Shown: positions 21,322 through 32,151, counted from the first letter of the stretch. The stretch: 56,303 bases of DNA from a virus (IMGVR_UViG_3300032216_001772:1-56303), one strand, 5' to 3'. The notes: generated by a model not told the origin, from the sequence alone. Program-made: numbers and translations.

Positions 21322-22277
21322 TATAATATTCCTGGTTTAAGTAGATTACCCTTATAGTTACTAAGGATTTTATCTACTATAATATTACCAGTACCCTCCA
21401 AAAATTGTGGGGCAAACTTAACATCAAATTGATCTGTACTATATTGTGTAATAAAACGTTTCCAATAATCATTATTACCACACTTAATATCTTCAATTAG
21501 GTATTTAGCTGCAAGTTCAACATCTGGTGGAATAGCTTTATATCCAGCATCAACAATAAAAATATAGTCATAACCTTTTGGAAAAGCTACTCCATATCCG
21601 CTTCTACCATAAAATCCAAGGTCGCCCCATCCAATAGGAAGATGTGTTGGATTGTATTCTAATCTATTATATTCTGAAGCTGGCTTTGTTAACTCAGAGG
21701 TTGAAAATCTATAAATACTTGAGTTATCAAGAGTTACTGCATATTGATATTCCCAATCTGTTTTTGTGTCGTAATCATATACAAGCACATTGTTTTCATA
21801 TACTTTTAATACACGGTTAGTATTATGCCATAAAGGAAAATAATCTGTACCCTGGCCTACTTGTTGAATAATAAGTTTGTGATTATAGAAAGCTCCACCA
21901 GTGCCAGAACCTTCTTGAAGATATGTGTCAATAATTGAACGAGCGACAATCTCAAGTTCTTTATATTCTGCAATTTCTGATGCAGTTGTTGCCAAAATAT
22001 TAGGATCTACATATGGTCTATATACTGTTAGATTTTCATCTATAACAATTTCACCATTAAGGTCTACTTGATATGCACGAAAAAGAAAGTCTCTGTCAAA
22101 TTGAACTTTAGATCTTGGAAGTACATATGTTATTTTTGAATTAGCATCTGATGTTATTGTAGACGTTTCAAATGAGTGATCAACCAAGTCCTCTACATAA
22201 AGTGTATATTCTGCGTTCGCTTCTGGAACATCCCATGTAGTTGTAATAGGATATGGTGGCACTCTTAAAACTTCCAT
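21321..22277 (-). CDS. Head-to-tail adaptor
   Basis: 318 aa after major capsid; AGYKAIPPDVELAA and TGNIIVDKILSNY motifs typical of adaptors. Confidence 0.75.
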   Translation of the reverse strand: MEVLRVPPYPITTTWDVPEANAEYTLYVEDLVDHSFETSTITSDANSKITYVLPRSKVQFDRDFLFRAYQVDLNGEIVIDENLTVYRPYVDPNILATTASEIAEYKELEIVARSIIDTYLQEGSGTGGAFYNHKLIIQQVGQGTDYFPLWHNTNRVLKVYENNVLVYDYDTKTDWEYQYAVTLDNSSIYRFSTSELTKPASEYNRLEYNPTHLPIGWGDLGFYGRSGYGVAFPKGYDYIFIVDAGYKAIPPDVELAAKYLIEDIKCGNNDYWKRFITQYSTDQFDVKFAPQFLEGTGNIIVDKILSNYKGNLLKPGIL

Positions 22278-22312
22278 AAATTGATCAAACTCCTTAATTA
22301 ATTATACAACAC

Positions 22313-22350
22313 AAATAAAGAAGGGGCGAGGACTATTGTCCTCACCCCCT
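22313..22350 (-). terminator. Terminator after major capsid gene
   Basis: GC-rich imperfect hairpin (GGGG.GAGGAC-AATA-GTCCTC.CCCC) followed by TTCTTTATTT on the minus strand. Confidence 0.8.
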
Positions 22351-22364
22351 CAATAGGTTTCTAC

Positions 22365-23474
22365 TTAGGAAGCAGATGGCTTAGTTGCGTAAGCAACAGC
22401 ATCCTGCTCTTCCCAGTTGATACCAAATCGTACAAATACTGTGTACTCAATGGTGTCCTTCTTAGGAACGTAGAAGCGGTTGACAGTAATGTCACGCTGG
22501 AAGCCCCAGATACGGTTCTGTGGGAATGTAAGATCTACATAATCCGCAGGGTAGTAAGGAACCTCAAGCACTGGAATACCAAGAACACGAGTCTGACGAG
22601 CGTTACCAAGTGTCTGGTCAATACCACCAAGGTATGAACCACGAGCTGCCTCAGTTGAACCAATTGAATCAAATACTGTACCGTTGTTCTTTACAATGTT
22701 TGCAAAGGTATCGGTTCCAGCATAGAACTTGAGTCCAGTCTGAAGAGCACGGTAACGACGAGGCATGGCTAGAACTAGCTTCTGCATGTCGTGTACTGTC
22801 CAGTTAGCGTCTCCCTGATCAACAGTAGCAGCGTGAGCATATCCATCGTTATCTACACGATCGATAAATCCCTGCATAATGTTGAGGAAGTCATCTCCAC
22901 CCTGACCTGTACCATTAATGGCAAGATCCTCGATGTCGTTTCCAAATGCTGTAGTCATAAGACGTACTAGGTGGTCCTCAAGAGCACCGCCTTCAATATT
23001 GTCTTCTAGAGCTTCAGCTGAGACTTCCCAGTCTAGACGTAGCTTCTTTGTTGTAAGTTCAACCTTAGTAAAGGTTGCACCTGCGTTAGTAAATGATGCA
23101 TCGCCCTGATTTGCAGCACGAACAACACGCTCACCAACGTTGACCTTTTCTAGCTCCATAGTGTTGGCTCGCATAGTTACGCGACGACCATCGTTAGCGA
23201 GGGTTGTTGCATCCCAAATGTAGTCGATAAAACGACGAGCTTGCTCGGGACGCAGGATACCAGCACCTGGGTAGTTAGGCATTTCGGTGTATGAAGGGTT
23301 AACAGCGTTAGGACCTCCTGTAGAACCATATTCTGCTTCTCCTGGTACGTTGTTACCAACAAAAGCAAAAGCAGGATCTGCTACACCACCAATACCACCT
23401 GCAGCAAACTGACCGTCCGAGTTAGGGAAGACATTGCTTGTTCCAGGGATATTTTTAATGATTTCTTCTGACAT
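22365..23474 (-). CDS. Major capsid protein (HK97 fold)
   Basis: Start MSEEIIK at 23474 with GGAGG RBS; GILRPEQARRFIDY, KLRLDWEVSAEALEDNIEG, DIEDLAINGTG. Confidence 0.93.
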   Translation of the reverse strand: MSEEIIKNIPGTSNVFPNSDGQFAAGGIGGVADPAFAFVGNNVPGEAEYGSTGGPNAVNPSYTEMPNYPGAGILRPEQARRFIDYIWDATTLANDGRRVTMRANTMELEKVNVGERVVRAANQGDASFTNAGATFTKVELTTKKLRLDWEVSAEALEDNIEGGALEDHLVRLMTTAFGNDIEDLAINGTGQGGDDFLNIMQGFIDRVDNDGYAHAATVDQGDANWTVHDMQKLVLAMPRRYRALQTGLKFYAGTDTFANIVKNNGTVFDSIGSTEAARGSYLGGIDQTLGNARQTRVLGIPVLEVPYYPADYVDLTFPQNRIWGFQRDITVNRFYVPKKDTIEYTVFVRFGINWEEQDAVAYATKPSAS

Positions 23475-23506
23475 ATATTTTTCACCTCCAAGTGATTTTT
23501 TATTTT

Positions 23507-24061
23507 TTATTTCAGTAGATCGGCATTTGTGAGGAAACGGCCGCCCCATACTGATTTTTCAACCATTGCTGGTTCCTGTACGATCTCGCCTAGATCGCCA
23601 GACTTGCGGAAAGCGGTATCTGCTTCTACTGCATCAATACGCTTGCCAAGATTATTAAAGTCCTTTTCTGCATCATCAAGTACTTCGTTGACATATCCAA
23701 GAGACTTCTTTAGTGCAGCAACTTCATCGCTAAGTGATTTAACCATTGTTGCCATATCGCTAAAGGCTGATGTAAGAGTATCTGTCATATCGGCAACTGC
23801 CTTCGCAACTACCTCATCATCTGACTTCTTAGTCTTCATGTCCTCGTCAGCTTCTTCCTCAAGGTTATTGACTTCTTCCTGGGATTCCTCTTCAGGACCC
23901 TGGGCAGGAGTCTTAGCCTTAGCTACGACTTCATCTACCTTTTCGGTGTCTGCATCAGTAGTTTCAACTACTTCCTCAGTAACCTTTTCAGTAATTTCGA
24001 CTTCGGCATCTGCCTCTGGAGCGATTTCGACTTCTTCAACATTTGTTGTTTCATCTGTCAT
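23507..24061 (-). CDS. Nested in-frame scaffold protein (internal start MTDETT)
   Basis: AAGGAGG (24067-24073) 5 nt before an in-frame ATG at 24061. Confidence 0.7.
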   Translation of the reverse strand: MTDETTNVEEVEIAPEADAEVEITEKVTEEVVETTDADTEKVDEVVAKAKTPAQGPEEESQEEVNNLEEEADEDMKTKKSDDEVVAKAVADMTDTLTSAFSDMATMVKSLSDEVAALKKSLGYVNEVLDDAEKDFNNLGKRIDAVEADTAFRKSGDLGEIVQEPAMVEKSVWGGRFLTNADLLK

Positions 24062-24820
24062 ATTATCCTCCTTGTTAATCTCAGTATTGTTAATGCCTTT
24101 AGCACTATTAACTAAGAATTTAATCATGTCTACCTTGTCAGAATCTGACTTTTCGACAAAACCAATGTTTTGCATTGGAATTCCATTTGTTGGACTTATT
24201 TCTGATTCGTTATCTGAAAGCATAACTAGTCCAGATTCTTTGTCCCAAAATACATTTTCAATTTGAAGATCTGCAACTTCTCCTTTTATAACTGTATCTC
24301 CATCTTGATTTTTTTCAATTGAGATAACATTAGCAAATTGATTAGCAGGATTGTCTACTAGTGAAAGCTCTACTAAATCATAGTCCTTAATAATACGAAT
24401 TGCTGCATCCATCTTTTCGTCATAACCGTCATCCCACTTGTTCATTTTTCCACCAATAGAAAAACCTGACAGTGTTCCGTCTAGAATTTTTTCCCAGGTA
24501 TCTTGAGCACCCTTTGAAACATAGGCAGAGACAAATACGCCATTGTAAAATTTCTTTGTCTCTGGGTCAAAGTATCTATCTTCTTTAAAATTAACCATTT
24601 TACCTACCGCCATTGGCTGGTGCATTTCACGAATATTACCACGAAATTTAGCAAATGCTTTTAGTGAAGCGTCTGTTGTAACAACGTCAGACTGCTTATC
24701 AATGTTGTCTAGGGTAGCAAAACCAGAGACAATACGTCGCTCTTGATCTACTTTACTGAACGGCATTGAGAGGCGAACGTTGTCGCCTTCTGATTCCCAG
24801 TGTGTTTTTTGAATAGTCAT
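23507..24820 (-). CDS. Prohead protease fused to scaffold domain
   Basis: HK97-type protease motifs IREMHQ, GFSIGG, ELSLVDNPANQ; acidic coiled-coil C-terminal part. Confidence 0.9.
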   Translation of the reverse strand: MTIQKTHWESEGDNVRLSMPFSKVDQERRIVSGFATLDNIDKQSDVVTTDASLKAFAKFRGNIREMHQPMAVGKMVNFKEDRYFDPETKKFYNGVFVSAYVSKGAQDTWEKILDGTLSGFSIGGKMNKWDDGYDEKMDAAIRIIKDYDLVELSLVDNPANQFANVISIEKNQDGDTVIKGEVADLQIENVFWDKESGLVMLSDNESEISPTNGIPMQNIGFVEKSDSDKVDMIKFLVNSAKGINNTEINKEDNMTDETTNVEEVEIAPEADAEVEITEKVTEEVVETTDADTEKVDEVVAKAKTPAQGPEEESQEEVNNLEEEADEDMKTKKSDDEVVAKAVADMTDTLTSAFSDMATMVKSLSDEVAALKKSLGYVNEVLDDAEKDFNNLGKRIDAVEADTAFRKSGDLGEIVQEPAMVEKSVWGGRFLTNADLLK

Positions 24821-24882
24821 ACTAATCTAATTATATTCCCTTTTTGTAGAAAGTTATTATTTTGTTACATTATACAACATTT

Positions 24883-26487
24883 TTAAGATGATGCTCTACC
24901 CTCACCTTTTGGATTTCTTCCAGAGGTAGTGGCATTATTGTCAGCTTGATTTTGTTGACGTTGAGCATCACGAGATCTATTTTGTTGATTATTTGCATTA
25001 GCATCTGTTGCTTGTCTAGCAGTAGGAGTAATCATTTTATCACTGTCTTGACGTTGTGGTAAATTAAGAGCATCACGAGCTTCATTGGGAGCCATAATTT
25101 GATTCTTTACATAGTTTGTAAGAATCTGCGATTGTGCAAGTTCGTCAGTAAGTGTAAGTTCATTAAACTTAAATTCAAGTACATCTGTTTTTTCACGAAT
25201 AATTTTATTAAGAATTTTTTCAAGATTGCGTTGAGCAGGTCTTGCAACTTGTTCTTTAAATGTACGATCTTGTGCAAGTGCTGCAGCAATATTTGATGCT
25301 TCTCCACCACCAAGTTTTGAAAGTGGAACTTGATGTGCAATAAGAATATCATCACGAACTTGTTGACGATACTGATGAAAAGAACCTTCTTGAACACCTG
25401 CTTCAATTGGCTCCATTTTAAAATCAACTTTGTTCATGTCAGAATCGCCTGGAAGTGGAATGTAAAGTGTTCTATGATTTTGACTCTTAAGTCCAGTCTG
25501 AAGGAATCTGAATAGCTTGTCTTCGGCCTCCTGTGACAGCTGAGCACCTTTTAGAGTTACGATGTAACGAGGAACTGCCTTATTTTGAAAATAGTCTACG
25601 TTGTACTGTGAAGCAAATCCATCACCAATCAGAGAAGGCATTGCAGAAATAATATCTGGAACACCATAGAAAGTATTTAATGGAGAGTAATCTTTAATAT
25701 GAATAATCTCATTTGGTCGTGGATCTTGTGTAACTGGATTTTTATTAGATGCCCCAAAATTACGAAAGTAAACAACTTTATTTGCAATTATCTGAACAAA
25801 GCCATCATGAAGACGACGAACACGAACGGTAGTTGCAGGAATGTGACCAATATAACCAATCTGACCGTTTGTGGTACGACCTACCTCAATGTAGCCGTTA
25901 CCTGTTGCCTGAACATCTGTATAAACCTTTTCCATTGTTGTGGTAAAACTATCATCTGAATTAAGGCTTTCCATCCAGTCACGAAGTTCAATTTTTGCTC
26001 TTTGAATACGACTACGAGCACGAGTTACTTTATTTTGATCTGACTCTACTTCAAGACGCATTAGAGTTCTATCTGAAATAACAAAATCGTAACCAAGACC
26101 TACAATATTTTCTACTTTAGCATCAATTGCTGCGTGGTTTGCAAATGATGTATCATAGTATCCAGCAAGCTGATACACATCATATGGTGGAGTAATAATA
26201 TCAAAAATACCGTAAGCATTACGATAAACTGCACCAGGATTTAACTTTTTTGATTTAGCATCTTCACGACCACTATCAATAGCACTTGCAGAATCCATAT
26301 AGGCTTCAGACATAGCTGTTTTTTCAATTCGTGATTCACGACGTTTAAAGTTTGCGTCAAGACCTGTGTAATTCTTAATCTCATCCCAAGACTTTGTAAA
26401 GGGATCATTGTTTACAACAATATCTTGATTAAGATATGAATCATCTTTAATTGGAATTGCAATTTTAGTTAACTCATTCATCGCCAT
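24883..26487 (-). CDS. Portal protein
   Basis: TGNGYIEVGR, YSPLNTFYGVPDI, YFQNKAVPRY, PNEARDALNLP; start at 26487 or 26481. Confidence 0.93.
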   Translation of the reverse strand: MAMNELTKIAIPIKDDSYLNQDIVVNNDPFTKSWDEIKNYTGLDANFKRRESRIEKTAMSEAYMDSASAIDSGREDAKSKKLNPGAVYRNAYGIFDIITPPYDVYQLAGYYDTSFANHAAIDAKVENIVGLGYDFVISDRTLMRLEVESDQNKVTRARSRIQRAKIELRDWMESLNSDDSFTTTMEKVYTDVQATGNGYIEVGRTTNGQIGYIGHIPATTVRVRRLHDGFVQIIANKVVYFRNFGASNKNPVTQDPRPNEIIHIKDYSPLNTFYGVPDIISAMPSLIGDGFASQYNVDYFQNKAVPRYIVTLKGAQLSQEAEDKLFRFLQTGLKSQNHRTLYIPLPGDSDMNKVDFKMEPIEAGVQEGSFHQYRQQVRDDILIAHQVPLSKLGGGEASNIAAALAQDRTFKEQVARPAQRNLEKILNKIIREKTDVLEFKFNELTLTDELAQSQILTNYVKNQIMAPNEARDALNLPQRQDSDKMITPTARQATDANANNQQNRSRDAQRQQNQADNNATTSGRNPKGEGRASS

Positions 26488-26842
26488 GCATCTCCAATGT
26501 TTTCTTAGCTGCAACAACTGCTCCAAGATCATTCATTGATGGTATTAGTCCTTGAGACATTCTATCTTTTTGTTCTGAGAACTCTTCATCTGAAACTCTA
26601 CCAGTACCTTCAAAAAATACAGCTTCTCCATCTGGTTCTCCATAGTAAGCATCTGCTTTTTTAAGTTCTTCAATTTTTGATTGATCTCCACGCATTGAGG
26701 GAATGTTTAAAACATTGTTGTCACCATCTGTAAAAAATTTGCCACTTGCCTTTTTCCATACATAAACACCTGCATTTGTTAGGTTATCATTAACAATTTG
26801 AACCTTGGTCTTACCAATTTGGCCCTTCATAATCTTATCCAT
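26474..26842 (-). CDS. Hypothetical protein upstream of portal
   Basis: 122-aa ORF preceded by TGGTATACT extended -10. Confidence 0.75.
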   Translation of the reverse strand: MDKIMKGQIGKTKVQIVNDNLTNAGVYVWKKASGKFFTDGDNNVLNIPSMRGDQSKIEELKKADAYYGEPDGEAVFFEGTGRVSDEEFSEQKDRMSQGLIPSMNDLGAVVAAKKTLEMHGDE

Positions 26843-26860
26843 GACTACAAGTATACCATA

Positions 26861-29800
26861 TTAAGCAGGATTAACAGTTTTTGTGGTCACAGATACATTT
26901 TGATAATATGATCTAGTAAAGTTATACAACATTAATGTTGATTTATCATTAATAGATATTACATTTCTTCCCATGTACGATCCATGCAATTCAGAAGCAC
27001 TTATTCCATAATAATTTGACAAACCTAGATCTATAGCGTTTCCATTAACATTATCTACATTTTGATATGCAGATATTTGATGAACTACCATTGGATACTT
27101 TATTTTGAATTTTCCAGAATATGATGCCATGCTTAGTGGAGTAGCAAAGGCAAAACTAAGCATGTTCCATTCATTAATATTTATTGTTGGATTAGGTGTT
27201 TTAACTCCATTAATAAAGAAATAAATATTTGAATAAGTATCGTAACCCTTTTTTGCATAAATTTTTGCCCTGGTTCCACTTGGATTTACAGTTTGTGCAT
27301 AAAAAATTATTTTATCAGTTAAATAATTAAGTTCAAAAATTGGAATAGGTTCAATAGAAAATGTATTTTCAAATCTTATTGAAAGCATCATTGATCCTAA
27401 TTTATAGCTTGAGTCTAAAGTTTCATTAATTGGAAAATAAAATCCTGCATCTTCATTTGCATTTAGTCCTGCAAGTGTTTTAATTCCAGAATTTCTTGTT
27501 AAATAAATATATGGTGTTGATTTTTTTGATATTGCACATGCTTTGTTTGTAGTTATTTCTGGTACTAAGTTATTGACCAATTCATACATCATTAAAGATT
27601 TTCCAAATTTTGTTCCAATTTCAGACTCTTTGTTACTATCTAGCACTTTAGATGCTAACTCTAAAGACTTTAATCTAATTGCTTGTTTTTCAACATCTTT
27701 ACTTATAAATTCAAGATGAGTAGAGATTGCAATATTGTCATATTGAGATAATTTTGGTGGATAAAGTATTGTGTGATCTGTAACTTCATATTTTGTATAT
27801 TCCCAATCATTGCCTGGAACAACAATATCTTCTGAATTTGCAAATTGTGTATTTGTAAAATATGACAATGATTTTCTTGTGTTTTGATCATCTATATATT
27901 GAAAAGTTACATACATTTTTAATAAAGAATTATTTGTATTTCTATAATTATTTTGTGAAAAAAGCGGTTTAGGATAATCAATATTAAATTGTATAAAATC
28001 AACTTGGTATCCATCATCTGTATTTTTTGCAAGTAGTGATAATGGAATATAGTCTTCCCAATATGATTTAGCTCCAACCTTAATTCTAAAAGTATTAAAA
28101 TCAATTTTTGGAATAAGAGTATATGTTGAAACATTATCTGAAAGAACTACACTATATGTTGACTCACCAGAGTTATCCACATATCCACCATCAATATAAG
28201 ATCCAAGCTGATTAGCAGTATTTGCATCTATTATATTTTCCCAACTTGTTGGTGGTGTCGGAGTACCTCCATCAAGTGTTGAAGACCAGGAATTAGTATT
28301 ATAACTTCCTCCATCATAAACGGTTTCTGCTGGAATATCTCCATCAATTATACTATCCCAAACAGTTGTTGTTGGAGTACCTCCATCATAAATGATTACT
28401 GGATCGTAATATTCATTTGGATTAAAAGTGTGTATTGTTGCTGGCTTACCGCCGTCTGCAATAAAATCCCAAACAATTGTTGTTGGAGTTCCACCGTCAT
28501 ATAAAATGTCTTTAGAGTCTATAACTCCATCTGATGTAAATAATGAAGATACATCTTTAAAACTATTTGCAGAACAAATTGACATGGTAACTATTCTTCC
28601 AGAAAATGTGTTTGTAAATGTTTTATCTCCACCTACATAAAGTCTAAGTCTAGATGTATTACCAAAAAATGATTGAAGACCATTTCCAAATTGCTGAATT
28701 ATTTTAGGGATCTCAAAACCTATATTAACTTCTGTTCCAGTACTTAAAGAATTTATTGATGTATAAATAGTACTTAAAATGCCATTAAAATAAAATAAAT
28801 ATCTTGTTTTTATATCTGATCCTGATTTAAATATTTCAACTTTAAAATAATTTTCTGTAAGATCATCTTCAATTTTAAAAATTGTTTGAGTACCGCTAAA
28901 ATTTTCTGGTATTTCAAAAATTCCGTAAATTCCATAAATTAATTTATTAAGTTTATTGAAGTTATCAAAATAAAGATACCCATTTACGTCTGACCAAGAA
29001 TCTGTTGGTTTTAAAGTAATGTTATTAATACCACGAGTAGACATTGCAGCATACCAGTCTGACTCTGTATTTATATCAAAGAATGCTGATGGTGCTTCAT
29101 AACTTGGTGAACATAAAGATCCATTAACAATAGAAGTATTTTCATTAATACCTTGAACCCATTTTCCAATACTTGGATAATTGTAATTATTTAAATAGTT
29201 GGCAAATTGATAATCTATAACTGCAGAACTTCCTCCATAAGAAGCATTAATTGTTTCTGGAAACTCTACAGCTTGACCATATACCCATCTTCTTTTTGCT
29301 ACAATATTTGGAACATCATATGGGTAAATTCCAAGACAATCAATATCAATTTGCGGAATATCTGGGTAGGCATAAAATGCAAGCATATCATTTCTATAAC
29401 CATTAACATACTCTTCTGGAAAAGTTATTCCATATTCTTCAGTTATTGGATCTTGATCAAAAGTTAAAAATATAACTTCTTGACCATTTATTGATAATAT
29501 TGCAGCATCTTCCCTATATTTAAACTGAACAAGCATTGGCCTATACCATTCACCAATGTAGTGTGATCCAGTATATTTTCCTACTTTAATACTTATAAAA
29601 GGACCTTCAATATAAATACCGTCGTCAGATGCGACTGGACCAAAAATTCTTTTAGCTGTTACTGTGTCTGGATTAACTCTTAGCCACATCTCAAATGTAG
29701 CTGTTTTCTTTTTTCCACTAGCATTTAAAAATCCTTTACCTGGAAATATAAAAGATGGGCCTAATGTTGGACTTGGAGAAATTGTTGTTATACTACTTGA

Positions 29801-30628
29801 ACCAAAAACCATAGGCATTGATGCATTTCTTGCCAATAATTTGTTTTGCTCTATTATATAAAAAGCAAGATCTTCTTGTTTATTTACAATATCTATTGCA
29901 TCTTGAGATTCATATCCATATGGAAGTGCTTTAATTACACTTGTATTTTGAAGAGATTGTGGTAAATATTGAACAGAGTTTTGTGGTCTTATGATATCAG
30001 ATGTACCAAAACTTGAGCCTTGATAAACCATTGTGCCAAGTGATTGAGTATTATATTCTTCTGCCCATTGACCAAAACTTAATCCATTAAAATAAAAAGA
30101 TTTAACTGAACCACTAACTGGTAAACCTTTTACATCAACATAAAAATCAATTGATTGATCTACGCTATTATAATAATCTGGATAAGGAAAAATAGCAGAA
30201 AGAAAAACCCAAGAATTTCCTTGTTCAATTAAAAAAGTTTTTTCATTTTTTATTTCACCATATGTATAAGCCATACTAACTGTAGTATTACTTGGTGTAA
30301 AATCAAGGTATACCCACAATCCCATTGAAATTGTCCATAAATCATAATTTAAAGAACTATGGCTATAAACATTGTCTAAACTTATACTAAAAGAAGTTCT
30401 TTTTTTATTATTTATTATTCTTGAAATAGGACTAGAAGGAAAAGGGGCAGTATTAACAATATCTTTTTTTACAGTATTGTCTACAATAAACTGAGAACTA
30501 AATGACCAATTCTTAAAATTTCTTTCATTATCACTAAGATAAGACAAATAGTCTGCTTGATCATCAAGAGGCCATAGTATTAATGGATGCTCTGAAGCAA
30601 CTTTTTGAGCGTATAAATTACTAGACAT
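26861..30628 (-). CDS. Large virion/minor tail protein with LamG/concanavalin-like region and internal DGG repeats
   Basis: 1255 aa; HPLILWPLDD N-terminus, TFEMWLRV..GEWYRPM; repeated YDGGTPTT..W block near 28180-28510. Confidence 0.7.
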   Translation of the reverse strand: MSSNLYAQKVASEHPLILWPLDDQADYLSYLSDNERNFKNWSFSSQFIVDNTVKKDIVNTAPFPSSPISRIINNKKRTSFSISLDNVYSHSSLNYDLWTISMGLWVYLDFTPSNTTVSMAYTYGEIKNEKTFLIEQGNSWVFLSAIFPYPDYYNSVDQSIDFYVDVKGLPVSGSVKSFYFNGLSFGQWAEEYNTQSLGTMVYQGSSFGTSDIIRPQNSVQYLPQSLQNTSVIKALPYGYESQDAIDIVNKQEDLAFYIIEQNKLLARNASMPMVFGSSSITTISPSPTLGPSFIFPGKGFLNASGKKKTATFEMWLRVNPDTVTAKRIFGPVASDDGIYIEGPFISIKVGKYTGSHYIGEWYRPMLVQFKYREDAAILSINGQEVIFLTFDQDPITEEYGITFPEEYVNGYRNDMLAFYAYPDIPQIDIDCLGIYPYDVPNIVAKRRWVYGQAVEFPETINASYGGSSAVIDYQFANYLNNYNYPSIGKWVQGINENTSIVNGSLCSPSYEAPSAFFDINTESDWYAAMSTRGINNITLKPTDSWSDVNGYLYFDNFNKLNKLIYGIYGIFEIPENFSGTQTIFKIEDDLTENYFKVEIFKSGSDIKTRYLFYFNGILSTIYTSINSLSTGTEVNIGFEIPKIIQQFGNGLQSFFGNTSRLRLYVGGDKTFTNTFSGRIVTMSICSANSFKDVSSLFTSDGVIDSKDILYDGGTPTTIVWDFIADGGKPATIHTFNPNEYYDPVIIYDGGTPTTTVWDSIIDGDIPAETVYDGGSYNTNSWSSTLDGGTPTPPTSWENIIDANTANQLGSYIDGGYVDNSGESTYSVVLSDNVSTYTLIPKIDFNTFRIKVGAKSYWEDYIPLSLLAKNTDDGYQVDFIQFNIDYPKPLFSQNNYRNTNNSLLKMYVTFQYIDDQNTRKSLSYFTNTQFANSEDIVVPGNDWEYTKYEVTDHTILYPPKLSQYDNIAISTHLEFISKDVEKQAIRLKSLELASKVLDSNKESEIGTKFGKSLMMYELVNNLVPEITTNKACAISKKSTPYIYLTRNSGIKTLAGLNANEDAGFYFPINETLDSSYKLGSMMLSIRFENTFSIEPIPIFELNYLTDKIIFYAQTVNPSGTRAKIYAKKGYDTYSNIYFFINGVKTPNPTININEWNMLSFAFATPLSMASYSGKFKIKYPMVVHQISAYQNVDNVNGNAIDLGLSNYYGISASELHGSYMGRNVISINDKSTLMLYNFTRSYYQNVSVTTKTVNPA

Positions 30629-30648
30629 TATATGTCTAGTTTATCACA

Positions 30649-32151
30649 CTAAGCCCAGTTACCAGAGACAAGTGTAGTTGTTGAAGTTCCTAGTTTTTCT
30701 ACCTGGAAATATGATCCAGCAGTAACTACTGTTGAAGATCCTGTGGTAGACATTTGGAACTGTGGGGTTAGTGTACTTGTTGATGTTGCATGTGTTGTAA
30801 AGTATCCATCAAATTCAATTACATAGTTTACAGTTGCAGTAACTGAAGGAGAAACTTGAATACCAGTCACAGCTGATCCAGTTCCAACTGCAGCCACAGT
30901 AGTAGTAGCGGCAGTTTGATTATAAGTTTTGTAACTGTACTTAATTGCAGTTGGAGCATTGCTAAATCCAAATAATGTTTGAATGTTAGCAGTACCAGAA
31001 GTAAATGTAGAAGTTACATAATATTTACCACTAAACCTATAAAGTTTTGCTGGCTCAAGAACTGATAATACGTCATTTGCGGCTGCAAAAACTGGTTGTG
31101 CAGTGTTTGTTGTTGCTGCAGAAGAGTTTGCCAATGAATAAACCATTTGAGGGGCAGTAACTAGTCCACGACCAACACCAGTAGTTGTTGAACCTGGGTT
31201 TGATGTAACAAATACACCATCTATTGTAGACTCAATTGCACCTGCTTCTGGAATTGCTAGAGTAGTACCACTTGTTGCTTGTGTTAGTTTAAGTGGTGCT
31301 GTTCCTGCTGTTGTAGTACCTGCAGCAATTGTATTACCATTTGCTATTGTTCCAAGAAAGTCTATAGTACCTGCCGAAGCATTTCCAAGGTTTACTGTTC
31401 CATAAATATTTGTAGTTGAAGATCCATCTGATTTTCCAATTGCAACAGTTCCACCATCACCATTAAGAGTAAGCGTTGATCCAACAACTGTTCCTAAAGG
31501 CTGTTCATTATAAACATGAATTTCATTTGCATCAATCAGCAGTCTGTCAAACTGACCAGATGATGGTCCAATTTGAAGAGCATGTTTTGTAGAAGTTGTG
31601 CTTACATCTGTAGTGTCTCCAAGACGAATTCGTGATGCATTTACAATTCCTGCAGTACCGCTAGTATCTCCAGTAGGAGCATTAAGATTTGATACAGTTG
31701 TAATGTTTCCATCTTTATCGATAGATGCTTTTGTTGCTGTATCTACCTTCCAGTTTTGAAGATTTACAGCTTGTGACGCAATAGCATTAATTGTAAGAGG
31801 AACACTATTAATATCTGGAGAAACAATAACATTTGTTGCTCCACCAGTAAGTCTTACATAGCGACTATCATTAGTATCATTTTGAGCACTTTGATTAAAT
31901 GATATGGTTGCTTGTGTTCCAGATACCCCAGGAGGATTAGCTGTCCAAATAATTGGAGAAGTTCCTGCAATATCTGCTTCAAGATCTGTAGCAGTTGCAT
32001 AGTATTTTAAACTTGCCCATATTGTTGAGCCGTCACCAATTTTAAATTTATTTGTATCGGTTTCAAAACCAATTTCACCTGCAGCAAGTGTTGGATTAGC
32101 GGAAGTCCATTCTGCAGCCGTACCTCTACGCTGTTGCATTTTAATAGCCAT
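30649..32151 (-). CDS. Tail fibre/receptor-binding protein with Mtd_N-like N-terminus
   Basis: MAIKMQQRRGTAAEWTSANPTLAAGEIGFETDTNKFKIGDG; Thr/Ser/Gly-rich; leaderless start at 32151 (TGGTATCAT-N6-ATG). Confidence 0.85.
   Translation of the reverse strand: MAIKMQQRRGTAAEWTSANPTLAAGEIGFETDTNKFKIGDGSTIWASLKYYATATDLEADIAGTSPIIWTANPPGVSGTQATISFNQSAQNDTNDSRYVRLTGGATNVIVSPDINSVPLTINAIASQAVNLQNWKVDTATKASIDKDGNITTVSNLNAPTGDTSGTAGIVNASRIRLGDTTDVSTTSTKHALQIGPSSGQFDRLLIDANEIHVYNEQPLGTVVGSTLTLNGDGGTVAIGKSDGSSTTNIYGTVNLGNASAGTIDFLGTIANGNTIAAGTTTAGTAPLKLTQATSGTTLAIPEAGAIESTIDGVFVTSNPGSTTTGVGRGLVTAPQMVYSLANSSAATTNTAQPVFAAANDVLSVLEPAKLYRFSGKYYVTSTFTSGTANIQTLFGFSNAPTAIKYSYKTYNQTAATTTVAAVGTGSAVTGIQVSPSVTATVNYVIEFDGYFTTHATSTSTLTPQFQMSTTGSSTVVTAGSYFQVEKLGTSTTTLVSGNWA

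Noticed and set aside
23529-24266. 245-aa plus-strand ORF and other antisense ORFs across the structural region
   Set aside because: Shadow frames of well-supported minus-strand genes, Ser/Thr-biased, with no RBS
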